Translations under genes and position numbers: made by a program | Notes under the pieces: model-generated | The model's database searches: none | Seen by the model: only the letters and a program-made list of their open reading frames with translations | What the model was told of the DNA's origin: nothing | In this document: piece by piece, positions 1 through 11,700 of the stretch | Numbering within the stretch: position 1 is the stretch's first letter | Layout of the letters: every line of letters starts with the position of its first letter | Source of the DNA: Octopus vulgaris | Lineage: Eukaryota | Reading direction: 5' to 3' | DNA: 64,000 nucleotides | NCBI GenBank assembly: GCA_951406725.2 | Contig: OX597826.1 | Span: 11,408,001-11,472,000, forward strand

Positions 1-778
1 AGATACTAAGCTTGGCTTTGAAGAGAATACCTCTATCAAGCCACACACCATTTTCAAGTATTCCAAAAGCTTTGCTGGCTTTTTCAGTTCTCAGGTTTAT
101 TTCAGAATCAAGGGATCCATCTCTAGAGAGAGTGCTGACAAAGTAGATGAACGAGTCAACTAAATCTGATCTTGTACCCTGGACAAAGATGTTAGGTTCC
201 ACATAGGGTTGGCCTGGTGGCTGAGAGAACATGATCTTGTTTTCTTTAAACTGATGGTAAGTCCAAAAGCAATACAAGCTCTAGAGAAGAGATCCAGTAT
301 AGCCTGTATGTCCTCCTTGGTGTGAGCTGCAAGAACTACATCATCAGCATAAAGGAGCTCTCGAACAAAGGCCAAGAATGTCTTCGACTTTACATTAAAA
401 TGTTTAGCATCAAAGACCTTACCTGTGGTTCTGAAGTGAATATAGACGCCAATATCACAGTCTTGGAAAGAGTGCAAGATAGTTACAGCAAATTATATGG
501 AAAGAGTGTTGGAGTAGCAATATCACCTTGTATAACTCCGTTATCGATGGAAATTGGTTGAGATAGAGACCCATTGAAGTTAAGACGAGCTTTCATATCA
601 TTATGAAGTTGCTTAAACAAGTTGACAAATTGAGGTGGACATCCGAGTTTACCAAGAATGGTCTAGAGAACGGTCCTATTAACAGTGCCGAAGGCTTTTG
701 GTAAATCGACAAATACCTGGTAAAGAGTTATGTGATGTTCGATGCATTTCTCTTGGAGTTGACGAGCAGAAAATAAAT
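1..778 (-). mobile_element. Decayed RTE-clade LINE, reverse transcriptase fragment
   Basis: Minus-strand translation gives FSARQLQEKCIEH..VFVDLPKAFGTVNR..GCPPQF..NGVIQGD..RELLYADDVVL..GLTISLKKT, with stops and frameshifts; runs off the window start. Confidence 0.9.
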
Positions 779-781
779 ACA

Positions 782-1502
782 TACACTGGGTTGGCCTACA
801 AGTCCGTTCGGTTTTTGCCGATACTAAGATTCAGGCATTCTAATAAGTAGCCAACTTCAGTCGTACCCTGCGCATGTGCATTCTTTGGATCTTGACACTT
901 GTGACGACATAGGTTGTATTTTGTGTACTTGAGATCATCCTGGAATTAGAGACCCAAAACGAACATTATCAATACCTCATGCGTTTTTATTTAAAAAATA
1001 GGCAAGAGAGCAGCAGGAACCTGCAGGAAGATATGTGCTGTGTACGAATAGGACACTGCACGAAAAGATTTTGCCAAAAGTGGTATTCAAGATTTCAAGG
1101 CGGCGAGCTGGCAGAATCGTTAGCGCGCCGGGTGAAATGCGTAGCCGTATTTCGTCTGCCGTTACGTTCTGAGTTCAAACTCCACCGAGGTCAACTTTCA
1201 GGTTCGATAAATTAAGTACCAGTTACGCACTGGAGTCGATGTAATCGACTTATTCCGTTTGCCTGTCCGTGTTTGTCCCCTCTGTTTTTAACCCCTTGTG
1301 GGTAGTAAAGAAATAGGTATTCAAGATTTCGATCGGGGAATTTTTCGATTCTAGGTGTATCTCGCTCTGGCCGGCCAACAGAATTCAACAGCGAGTAGGA
1401 TGGTCGAAGATATTCCTCAAATATCTAAACTGCGTGTTGAAAACCATCTGCATCAGCTTGGCTACGTCAGCAGTCTCGATGTTCGGGTTGTACATTAATT
1501 GA
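782..1502 (+). mobile_element. Mariner transposon 5' fragment, interrupted by SINE-A
   Basis: TIR-like TGGGTTGGCCTACAAGTCCGTTCGGTTTT; translation CQKWYSRF / RSGNFSILGVSRSGRP / ENHLHQLGYVSSLDV matches the mariner N-terminal HTH up to the WVPH region. Confidence 0.8.
1097..1315 (+). mobile_element. tRNA-derived SINE family A
   Basis: Head AAGGCGGCGAGCTGGCAGAA, B-box-like GAGTTCAAAC, tail GGTAGTAAAGAAATA; 15-bp TSD GGTATTCAAGATTTC at 1082-1096 and 1316-1330; many copies in the window. Confidence 0.9.
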
Positions 1503-1565
1503 ATCTACTTCATTCTTTTATTTTCTTTGTCACAGTTATATCTATCAAGCTATGTTTTACTTTAA

Positions 1566-1737
1566 CCGTTTAGCACTTAAACCGACCGAATCCAGCCCGA
1601 ATAATTTACATATTTCATTTTCAAACCAGCGAGATATGGCCTTTCACGTTTAACCTGCAATGTAGTTCTAAAGATAAGCAATTGCACAATCGAAATTCCA
1701 AAGTTACAATGGACAGAATAATTTGAATGCTAAAGAG
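1566..1737. mobile_element. piggyBac-type MITE
   Basis: TTAA on both sides (1562-1565, 1738-1741); imperfect TIRs CCGTTTAGCA / TGCTAAAGAG. Confidence 0.6.
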
Positions 1738-1826
1738 TTAATCTTGTATCTACACTGCCGGTTACTTCATTATTGAATATTACTGATTCCTGCTATTTTT
1801 ATACTACTATCTATAGCTGTGTGTGT

Positions 1827-2131
1827 GAAGGCGCATGGTTAAGTGGTTAAGGTATTCCACTCGCTATTGTAAGGTGATGAGTTCAATTCCTAGCGACGCG
1901 TTGTGTCTTTGAGCAAAACATTTTATTCCACGTTGCTCCAGTCCACTCAGCTAGCAAACACGAGTAGTACCTGTATGTCAAAGGGCCAGCCTTGTTACTT
2001 TGTGTCACGCTGAATCTCCCTGTGAACACGTGTGAGTGGAGTGCTCAGCCACATGCACGTTAACCTCACGAGTAGGCTGTTCAGTTGATCGGATCAATGG
2101 AGCCCTCGTCGTCGTAACCGACGGAGTGCCA
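1827..2131 (+). mobile_element. tRNA-derived SINE family C (tail 1)
   Basis: A/B-box head, TGTGTCTTTGAGCAAAAC motif, tail CCCTCGTCGTCGTAACCGACGGAGTGC; homologous to 55935-56253. Confidence 0.85.
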
Positions 2132-2274
2132 ATCTATGGCTATTTGTATACTGCTATATATTTCTCTGCTATAACTGTACTACTATCTACTGTCTACGTC
2201 ATTGTTGTGTCTAACTTAATACCTATTTTCTAATTCACTGTATTACATATACTGAAATCTAATGTCTAATTTGT

Positions 2275-2405
2275 AAGCTAATTTGTACGAATTTGTGCGA
2301 ATTTGTACGAATTTGTAAGCATCTTTTAGCATCCTAAGTTCATGAAAGATATTTGTACGAATTTGTACGAATTTATACGAATTTGTAAACTATTTATACA
2401 AATTT
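2275..2405. repeat. 10-bp minisatellite (GAATTTGTAC)n in two blocks
   Basis: Direct tandem copies visible. Confidence 0.75.
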
Positions 2406-2606
2406 CTACTGTCTAATTCACTGTTGTACTTAAAATAATTTCTACTTCACTGTCGTATCTAAATGTCGGTTTTCTTCGTTTTTATAACTATCGTACAGTT
2501 TATTGTCGACTTAACGTTTGTATCTAAACTACTGCCGTCTGTCTACTTTACTTTTTATGAAGGTACCACAGAGGCCGTGGGAGTAGTTCGATGAACTACT
2601 CTAGAA

Positions 2607-2882
2607 CAATGGTTCTCAACTATTTCTCACCCATGAACCCCTTTGATCATTTTTCTATTCTCAAAGCCATTTGATGTTTAAAAACAAGTTTTATAGATGC
2701 TTTTAGAATTACATTTTGTTCTTCATACACTAACTTGTATCGGTTGGACTTCGTAAAGCGCCAGAGAAAGAAACCTCGCTGCTTCTTGCCATAAATGCAT
2801 CGAAAGTAACATTTTTTCATGGACCCCTAAAAGTCTTACATGGACCTCCAGGGTTCATATGGACCCAAGTTGAGAACCACTA
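2607..2882. mobile_element. hAT (Charlie/MER5-like) MITE
   Basis: TIRs CAATGGTTCTCAAC / GTTGAGAACCACTA; 8-bp flanks CTCTAGAA / CCATAGAA resemble the NTCTAGAN target; internal GGACCC motifs. Confidence 0.8.
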
Positions 2883-3903
2883 CCATAGAACTAACATACA
2901 CGCCGTTGACTCATATTCCTTTGTTAAACTTCACTTATCTTAATAGCGATTCATAAATACAATCTTGATACCCTATATAGAAACAATATTTCTATACCTT
3001 CCCAGCAAGCCCCAGTGTATTACTGACTCGTTATGGGAAAGAATAGACAACATTGTGGCTCCTACGTGATCACTCACCCTGCATGAAATAGCAACCAAAC
3101 ATCCTTAAAATTACATCTGACTAGTATGTAGTAGTATTATTTGTCGATGGTGGATTGGTAGAATTGTCAGAACCTCGGAAAAATACGATGCAGTTTTCTT
3201 CAGGGCCTTCATACTTTGTGGCCAGCTTTACTTTTCATCTTCAAAGGTTGACAATATAAAGTATCAGTCGAATACTGGGTCGATACAATCAGTTAATCTA
3301 TTCCTTTAAAGAACTGCTGGCCTTTTTAAGTGAATTAGAAGCAATTATTATTCATTTATGTTTTGTTAATTGCCTGTTTTAAATACAAAGTGCAGATCTT
3401 TGTGAATAAATTAAGGACAAAGAAACCGAATCAACAGCTGAGTTACGTGAGGCATTTAACGAAATTCACTGAAGATGAGGTAGGTGTGGGAAAAGGCACA
3501 TCTAAAGCTTTAGGTAATTCGATAAGGTGAAATCATTACAAGACATAACATTTTGAATACTAAATGCTTCGTTTCTTGTAAAAGCAAATCAATAAGGCTA
3601 ACGTTCGCCATTTTGAAAACAAAACAAAACACAAAACACAACGTGGACAAAACATAAAACAAAGCAAAAAAAACATTCGTTGAGTTCCAATTCTTAGCCA
3701 CGTCAGACATTTTACATTAAAAACAGCTCTGCATTTATATCTCATCAGAACAGCTTTTATACGAAACATTATAATGTCGGTTTCTTGATCAAACAGACAA
3801 CAGTTCGAATTAAATCAGTTTGAATTAATGCAGTACGTTGACACTAAGAACAGGCAGTTAATTAAGAATAATCTAGATCACCTAACTTTATTATATAGAT
3901 ACC

Positions 3904-4318
3904 TATTTCTTTACTACCCACAAGGGGCTAAACACAGAAGGGACAAACAAGGACAGACAAACGGATGAAGTCGATTACATCGACCCACTGCGTAACTGGT
4001 ACTTAATTTGTCCACCCGAAAGGACGAAAGGCAAAGTCGACCTCGGCGGAATTTGAACTCAGAACGTAAGGGCTGACGAATACTTATTTCTTTACTACCC
4101 ACAAGGGTCTAAACACAGAGAGGACAAACAAGGACAGACAAACGGATTAAGTCGATTATATCGACCCCAGTGCATAACTGGTGCTTAATTTGATCGACCC
4201 CGAAAGGACGAAAGGCAAAGTCGACCTCGGCGGAATTTGAACTCAGAACGTAACGGCAGACGAAATATCGTTAAGCATTTCGCCGGGCGCGCTAACGTTT
4301 CTGCCAGCTCGCCGCTTT
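3904..4318 (-). mobile_element. SINE family A with two tandem body units
   Basis: One head plus two ~180-bp bodies; duplicated flank TTTATTATATAGATACC at ~3887-3903 and ~4328-4344. Confidence 0.9.
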
Positions 4319-4551
4319 TATTCTATATTTATTATATAGATACCACGAAGATGGTACTGTTATCAACTTAACAGCAATTGATAACTGTAGTTATTGGATG
4401 CATCATTAAGTAAGAAGCAGTGATATATTCTTTAACTTAAACTCCATGACATTTGGGCAAAGTATTTATTAGTCGTCGTCGGCTTTATCTCGTGTCCGGG
4501 AATTTAGCATTCTTTGCTGAACGCTTCCTTTATGGTGATGGTATTAATGAT

Positions 4552-4848
4552 CAGGGGTTCCCAACCTTATTTTGCTTGTGGAACCCTTGAGAGCTATCTT
4601 ATCATCTGTGGACCCCATATATGTACTTGTAAATTTTTGAAATAAAATATTTGAGTGTAGGTTAGTAAAAACTAACAATAAAACAATTTCGTTATATTCA
4701 TAACATAAATACCAAATATAAATCTTGAAAATTTCAATAAATTCAGGTAACTCTCCTAGTAAACAAAATTTATATACGAACCCAAACATTACAATTTTTT
4801 TTATTCGTGGACCTCCTTAAAGCTTCTGTGGACCCCTGGGAACCCTTG
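4552..4848. mobile_element. hAT (Charlie-like) MITE
   Basis: Ends CAGGGGTTCCCAAC / GGGAACCCTTG; internal GTGGACCCC motifs as in 2607-2882. Confidence 0.65.
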
Positions 4849-4912
4849 TTGTAGACCAACTTTTTCATAGAAGAATCGATGGCATTGACTTCATGGTTAT
4901 GTTGTTAGTTAT

Positions 4913-5146
4913 AAGGCGGCGAGCTGACAGAAACATTAGCACGCCGGGCGAAATGCTTAGCGGTATTTCGTCTGCCGTTACGTTCTGAGTTCAAATTCCG
5001 CCGAGATCGACTTTGCCTTTCATCCTTTCGGGGTCGATAAATAAAGTACCAGTTTCGCACAGGGGTCGATGTAATTGACTTAATCCCTTTGTCTGTCCTT
5101 GTTTGTCCTCCCTGTGTTTAATCCCTTCTGGGTAATAAAGAAATAT
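4913..5146 (+). mobile_element. SINE family A
   Basis: Full head-body-tail match to 1097-1315. Confidence 0.9.
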
Positions 5147-6309
5147 ATGTTTTTAGAGGACGAGGTTGAGTTTGTCGAGACTTTCTCTCCTGTCGTTTGA
5201 TATCTCCCTTTTCTCTTCTGGTTTCTTCATAACTTTTGGTACTAATGGTGATGGAACACCTTATTTTGCTTGTGGACTTAGTACGGTCTCGGGCTTGTGT
5301 TTCAAACAACTTAGGCTCAATTCCAATGGCTTTCAGTGCAGCTTTGAGTTGGACCTTGGATCTTCGAAGAAGACAACCCCGTGGTCTTTTCCCTGAAGTA
5401 AGCTCGCTGAAAAAGACTTAGTGTATGAATCTTGACTCTTCCATTCTTGCAATATCGTAGACGATGTTTATCTACTGGACATTGCTTTTATGATTTGATT
5501 TTTTTTGTTTATATTTCGCCATGAAGATTGAGCTGCATAATGTTGTCCCAAACATCGTACCTGGAACGAAAATGCAATTGTTACTGTTGGTACATATTTG
5601 GTCAGGTCTCTAGATCTTCATGACTTACCTGGAGGTATACAATAACAGCGACACCTTATAAAACCACTAACCAACGCGGGAACCGCCAAATGCTCGTCCA
5701 ATCTGTTGGAAACATCAAAAGTTTTATAAATCGAACTCCGTCGCTTTGGGAAAGATGAAAAAAGAAAAGAACGTTACGTTGAATAGCGTAGCATTAGATA
5801 TGTCTTACCTTAGGTCCTCAACTCCTGCTCAAATTGTATGGTGTCGTAAAATTCGCGATGACTTAAGCATTTGAGACCTAGTGAAACCTATCCCTCGACA
5901 GGTCTCCCTACGGCCGATTAGTTCTAGAAAGACGGTGGGAATGGAGAAGAGTAAAACAGAAAAGAAAGAAGCCACAAAAGATAGAGAGAATAGAAGTAAC
6001 CGGCTTCAGTAAAATAATGGTGTTTCATTTACCAACCCCGAAATGATTGAGAGCAAGTTTACTTGACGGTATTCGTACTCGTAAGAATATCAGGAGACAA
6101 TCTATACGACGCCTTAACACCGGTCGTAGTTTTAGAATACTATGTTTGAAAATTTGAAGGAATGATTGCGACTGCAATGTCTTTGATCATAGGTCTGCTT
6201 ACAAAATTCAGCTCTGATCTGGTAGGAAAGGATCCACATCAGATCATTACAAAAGATCATTACCTGTCTCTGTCCGCTTGTCTCTCATTCTCTATACCTT
6301 CCTAGCCCT

Positions 6310-6700
6310 CTTGTTGTTGTTGTTGTTGTTGTTGCGGTTCTTCTTCTTCTTCTTCTTCTTCTTTCCTTCTTCTTCTTCCTCATCCCTCCCCTCCTCTTCA
6401 TCACCCCTCCTCCTCCTCCTCCTCATCATCATCATCATCACCTCCTCTTTATCATCACCTCCTCATCATCATCACCTTTTCCTCCTCCTCCTCCTCCTCT
6501 TCCTCCCCTTCTTCTTCTTCTTCTCCTTCCTCCTCCTCCTCCTCCTCCTCCTCCCCTCTTCTTCTTACTCCCCTCCACCCCCTCTTCTTCCACCTCCTCC
6601 TCCTCTACTTCCTCCTTTTCTTCTTTTCCTCCTGTTCTCCTCTTCCCCTCCTTCCCCCCTCTCTCGCTGTGTCTTCCTCCTCACCTCTCCCTCTCACCGT
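6310..6700. repeat. Compound (TTG)/(TTC)/(CCT)/(CAT) microsatellite
   Basis: Directly visible. Confidence 0.9.
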
Positions 6701-7132
6701 AGATGAAATGATTCAATAACATTTGGTTTTGAAATGCTAATGGAAATATTCATGAAAAGAAATTGACGTCATATTTAAGTTTGAAGAGTCCCCCCCCCCC
6801 AACCACCTTTCTGATCATCTGTCCATTATTGCTTCCTTGATGCAGACTTCTTTCTAAATTCATGCTGGTTCATTTGAGTTATTTCCCTTAACTCATTATA
6901 TCGTCTTATTTTTTTTAATTATGCAAAATACACTGGCTAAAATATTATTGGTAATTCATTTTTGGAGAAATTTTTTTCTCGTTGCTCGAACAATTACAAG
7001 AAATAACCAAACCTCCCTCAAATCTCTTGTAATTAGATAAAAGCAATGGCTAATATAACCATTGATGCTCTATGCTCGAAATAATGATTGAGTCGTCGTG
7101 GTTGGAACAACTTTCTTCATAAAATCTATTGA

Positions 7133-7427
7133 GGCAAAGGAGTGGCTGTGTGGTAAGTAGCTCGTTTACCAATCACATGGTTCCGGGTTCAGTCCCACTG
7201 CGTGGCACTTTGGGCAAGTGTCTTCTACTATAGCCTCGGGCCAACCAAAGCCTTGTAAGTAGATTTAGTAGACGAAACTGAAAGAAGCCCGTCGTATATA
7301 TGCATCAGCCGAAATTACTACGATGATCCGGTTCTTGACTGAAGACTGAGGGTTTCGAATGTCCTGTATCCGTGTTTATTGTATCGTCTTCTTGAGTTAT
7401 ACGTTCTTGTCCATGTATATATATTTT

Positions 7428-7473
<46 letters not shown>

Positions 7474-7798
7474 ATCTATCTATATATATATATATCTATC
7501 TATATATATATATATATATATATATCTCTCACATCGTCTCCGATGAAGGGATATTAATTAAATATATGATTAAATATCCTAGAAACAGCTGTAAGACCTT
7601 CTATCTATAAATGCTCTAATATCTACAGACCCTTGTTTTTTTATCTTATTACGCAAAAAATTCTTATATACATACGCTGACATAGAACCAACGTTGGACC
7701 CTTTATTCGCAATATTACCGAATCTGGAACTTAACTATGGTCTGTCTATAGCACTTATTCAGCATTACCTGACATGGTCTCAATGACACCATTATCTC

Positions 7799-7843
<45 letters not shown>

Positions 7844-8080
7844 GTGTGTGTATATGTTTGTGTGTCTGTGTTTGTCCCCCCACCCAACATTGCTTGACAA
7901 TCGATGCTGGTGTGTTTACGTCCCCGTAACTTAGAGGTTCGGCAAATGAACCGATAGAATAAGTACTAGGCTTACAAAGAATAAGTCCTAGGGTCGATTT
8001 GCTCGACTAAAGGCAGTGCTCCAGCATGGCCGCAGTCAAATGACTGAAGCAAGTAAAAGTGTAAAAAAAAAGAGTAAAAG
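7133..8080 (+). mobile_element. tRNA-derived SINE family B with ~500 bp inserted in its internal (TA)n
   Basis: Head GGAGTGGCTGTGTGGTAAG..GGTTCAGTCCC, CORE-like TTGGGCAAGT, tail (GTAAAAGA)n; halves separated by extra sequence 7300-7800. Confidence 0.9.
7536..7597 (+). ncRNA. Type I hammerhead ribozyme motif (Penelope-type)
   Basis: Stem I GTCT/AGAC, core CCGATGA, stem II GGATATT/AATATCC, GAAAC-AGCT-GTA (palindromic stem III, GUA triplet). U4 is mutated to C in this copy. Confidence 0.7.
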
Positions 8081-9099
8081 TGGTCGGGAAAGGAAATAGC
8101 AGTATGATAATATATTATGTATGTGATATCGTTTTGTGTCTTTGGACCATATATATGTAAGTGTGAGAAAATCGCAACATTATGAACAGTATATTAAATA
8201 ATTATTTCAAATTTCGGTAAGCGGTCAGTAGTTTTAAAGGGCTGTGGTTAATCGATCACATCGATACTCGTACTTGACTGGAACTTTATTTTATCGACCC
8301 CAAAATGACGAACGACTAAGTTGAACTTGATGGCATTTGAACCTAAAATATAAAGAGTTTGAAGAAATGCCGCTAGGTATATTGTCCGATTCGCTTACGA
8401 TTCTGCCACTTTACCACCTTCCTAAAGTACTAAATAATAGTACAAACCTGAATTCAGAAGAACAAAGAAAAAATGTTGCATGCATAATTGTCTTACCAGG
8501 AATTGTGTGGCTCTCAATAAACTGAGAAATTATTATTATGAGTGTCATTCAGCGCAACAGTCTTTAACTAATTTATTTCATGTTATAATATTTTTTTCAG
8601 TTATGCAAATTACTCCGGCCAAAAAGTTTTCGTAAAGATTTATCTATTGACCAAAGCAAGCTTCATTAGACTGTATATGCTGGTGATGACTAATAATATT
8701 GATACAAGTCCATAGTTATGCCCCTTGCTTGCAAATATCTGTCAGTGTCCCCTTCAGGCATGTAAATTATGCAAAATTACTACTGAATTTCTTGAAATTA
8801 TCTTCCTTCGTTTTTCTTAAAGAGTCACTAACTATTACCGAAAGGAGCTTGTGTTTTTACTCCAACTATGAGGGAAATATCATTTAATGGGAAATTTCCT
8901 GTTTTTTTCTTTACATTCATCATTCGGTGTATAAAGCCGGTATACATCCAGTATTACTCTAAACATCAGAAAGGCCGCTATGTAATAACCTGATCAGCTA
9001 GAACCAGCAGCTAAGACTGCATCATATAAGTCATCTTGAAAAAGGTGGGTACACTGGAAAATAAGGGCGGTCTCGCTAGTGCTTGCTGGTGTTTGTTTG

Positions 9100-9396
9100 T
9101 TGAGCGTCTCAGGACTGTCTGCAGTCCGAAACGTGGTCCTTTGCGTAAAACCCGCAGAAGAGAAAGCTGGTCAACCCTCGACACCGAGAGCATCGACGGA
9201 TGGATGAATGCGCATCAAGGCTCAGTTGTTGCGTAGGAAGTCGGGGACAAGAAACATGAAGGAAGAGTGAGAGAAAGTTGGAGCGAAAGAGTACAATAGG
9301 TGTCGCCACCTGCCGGACCCTCGTGGAGCTTTAGGTGTTTTCGCTCAATAAACACACACAACACCCGGTCTGGGAATCGAAACCGTGATCCTCCGA
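9100..9396 (-). mobile_element. SINE family D (tail 2), 5'-truncated
   Basis: Homologous to 23520-23886 and 58240-58627. Confidence 0.85.
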
Positions 9397-9879
9397 TTTA
9401 TAAGGATTGGACTATGTAATGGTAGAAAGGCAATGTTCGAGATAAAGATTGACTCGTCCTAGTTGCAACAACTTTAATCATAGGTTTGCTCAGTGAGGGC
9501 TGTCGCAGAATACACGCACTCTCTTTCGCGCTTCTCTCTCTCTCTCCCTCTCGCGTATGCACGCACACGCACAAACACACACATGCACACACACACACTC
9601 TGACACTCACACACTCTCTTTGACGCACACACACACATACACACGCACATATACACTCACACACACATACACACGCTCACACACACACACAAGCGCACAG
9701 ACTAAACCGGTATTGATTTAGTCTCTCGGCAAAAATCTAGAAATATTCACGAAATTTATTTCAAACCATATAATATTTTAAAGAAAATCGCGAACACATT
9801 TAATTGCTAGAGAGATATAGCATGTTTAAAAGTAAAACGTAATGATACTCTACAGCTCGTCCCATTTTTATGAAAAGCC

Positions 9880-11700
9880 CCTCACAGACCCTGCCAACTA
9901 TTACCGGACACACACTCACTTCTGATATCAGAAAGTCAATTTAGACGGCCATAAATAGCAAGTAGCAACGACCTCCAAAACTCTGGATCTCTCTCGCTCC
10001 TTAATAAATACCAAAACGGTTTCGTAAAACCAGATCCACTGTTGATCTTGTCACTTGCGTTGCTGCTATTTTGGAGAAATTTGGTGAAAGTTAAAGCTGT
10101 TGCCTCGACATCAGGAAAGCTTTCGACTATTTATTAGTTCTTTATTGCCACAAGGGGCTAAACATAGAGGGGACAAACAAGGACAGAAAACGGATTAAGT
10201 CGATTACATCGACCCCACTGCGTAACTGGTACTTAATTTATCGACCCCGAAAGGATGAAAAGCAAAGTCGACCTCGGCGGAATGTGAACTCAGAACGTAA
10301 CGGCAGACGAAATACCTATTTGCTTACTGCCCACAAGGGGCTAAACACAGAGAGGACAAACAAGGACAGACAAACGGATTAAGTCGATTATATCGACCCC
10401 AGTGCGTAACTGGTAGTTATTTAATCGACCTTGAAAGGATGAAAGCCAAAGTCGACCTCGGAGGAATTTGAAATCAGAATGTAGTGGTAGACGAAATACC
10501 TATTTCTTTACAACCCACAAGGGGCTAAACACAGAGTGGACAAACAAGGACGGACGAACGGATTAAGTCGATTACATCGACCCCAGTGTGTAACTGGTAC
10601 TTAATTTATCGACCCCGAAAGGATGAAAGGCAAAGTCGACCTCGGCGGAATTTGAACTGAGAACGTAACGGCAGACGAAATACCTATTTGTTTACTATCC
10701 ACAAGGGGCTAAACACAGAGTGGACAAACAAGGACAGACAAACGGATTAAGTCAATTACATCGATCCCAGTGCGTAACTGGTACTTAATTTATCGACCCC
10801 GAAAGGATGAAAGGCAAAGTCGACCTCGGCGGAATTTGAACTCAGAACGTAACGGCAGACGAAATACCTATTTGTTTACTATCCACAAGGGGCTAAACAC
10901 AGAGTGGACAAACAAGGACAGACATAGGTATTAAGTCGATTACATCGACCCCAGTACGTAACTGGTACTTATTTAATCGACCCCGAAAGGATGAAAGGCA
11001 AAGTCGACCTCGGTGGAATTTGAACTCAGAACGTATCGGCAGACAAAATACCGCTAAGCATTTCGCCCGGCGTGCTAACGTTTCTGCCAGCTTTCGACTG
11101 TTTCTGATATGCGAATCTGCCTATAAGATCCATCGTCTTTGATCTTTAGGATCGTTAGCTTTACTGGTCTTTTCCGGTCACACTTTTGTCGCGTGTGTTG
11201 ATGGAGCTCTCATTCAGTCAATTCCGGCGTGGCCACAGTTCGGTTTTCTTTCTCGCTCTCTTCTTTCTATACACCAATGAATTATTTACCTCAAAATCCA
11301 ACAAGACCCACTCTTACCCAGATGACAATACACGTTAGTCCTCCTTCAAATTCCCTAATCATGTACTCGCAAAATCTCACTCACGCCAAACCAGCATTGA
11401 CTTTATGAACAGAGACATCGAATATATTATTCTCAGATCTTGCACTGTGCTTCTGTCGCTGCTGCTGTTGTTGCTGCCCCAGCTGCTGCAATCAAAAACA
11501 TTCCAGACTGCAATTACAAAAGGACACTTGACTGATTGCCATTAAGTTATTCGCCGACACGTTCCAGCCTCTGGTTCCAGCGCGCTGTCTCCTCTCGTTG
11601 CCTTTTCTTACGTGCTCTGATGGCCTCTATTCCTCGGATCTGCCTACACCCACCGTTCCCCCACTCTATGCCGTCGCTTGAACTGCTAGAAAAAGCAGGT
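9880..11700 (+). mobile_element. Decayed CR1/Jockey-group LINE RT fragment interrupted by a SINE-A multimer
   Basis: Frame-broken motifs DPANY, GFRKTRST, FGES..LDIRKAFD, then LYTNEL..HSYPDDNT and RAVSSRCLF after the insertion. Confidence 0.7.
10130..11091 (-). mobile_element. SINE family A pentamer (one truncated head, five ~184-bp bodies)
   Basis: Junction TACCTATTT recurs at 10313, 10497, 10681, 10865; flank duplication AGCTTTCGACT. Confidence 0.9.

Larger units (their letters stand above)
4470..5470 (-). mobile_element. RTE-clade LINE 3' fragment interrupted by a hAT MITE and SINE-A
   Basis: Minus-strand ARMEESRF..VFFSELTSGKRPRG..QLKAALKAIGIEPKLFETQARDR is the RTE ORF2 C-terminus; short (GAC)n end near 4470. 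Confidence 0.75.

Noticed and set aside
1-5470. One RTE element spanning 1-778 and 4470-5470
   Set aside because: Domain order is wrong for a single minus-strand element, so these are two copies.
7336-7365. CTGAAGA..TTCGAATGTC hammerhead-like words
   Set aside because: No GAAA box and no convincing stem II.
10130-11091. CRISPR-like regular array
   Set aside because: Units are near-identical along their whole length with no unique spacers; they are SINE bodies, and no cas genes are present.
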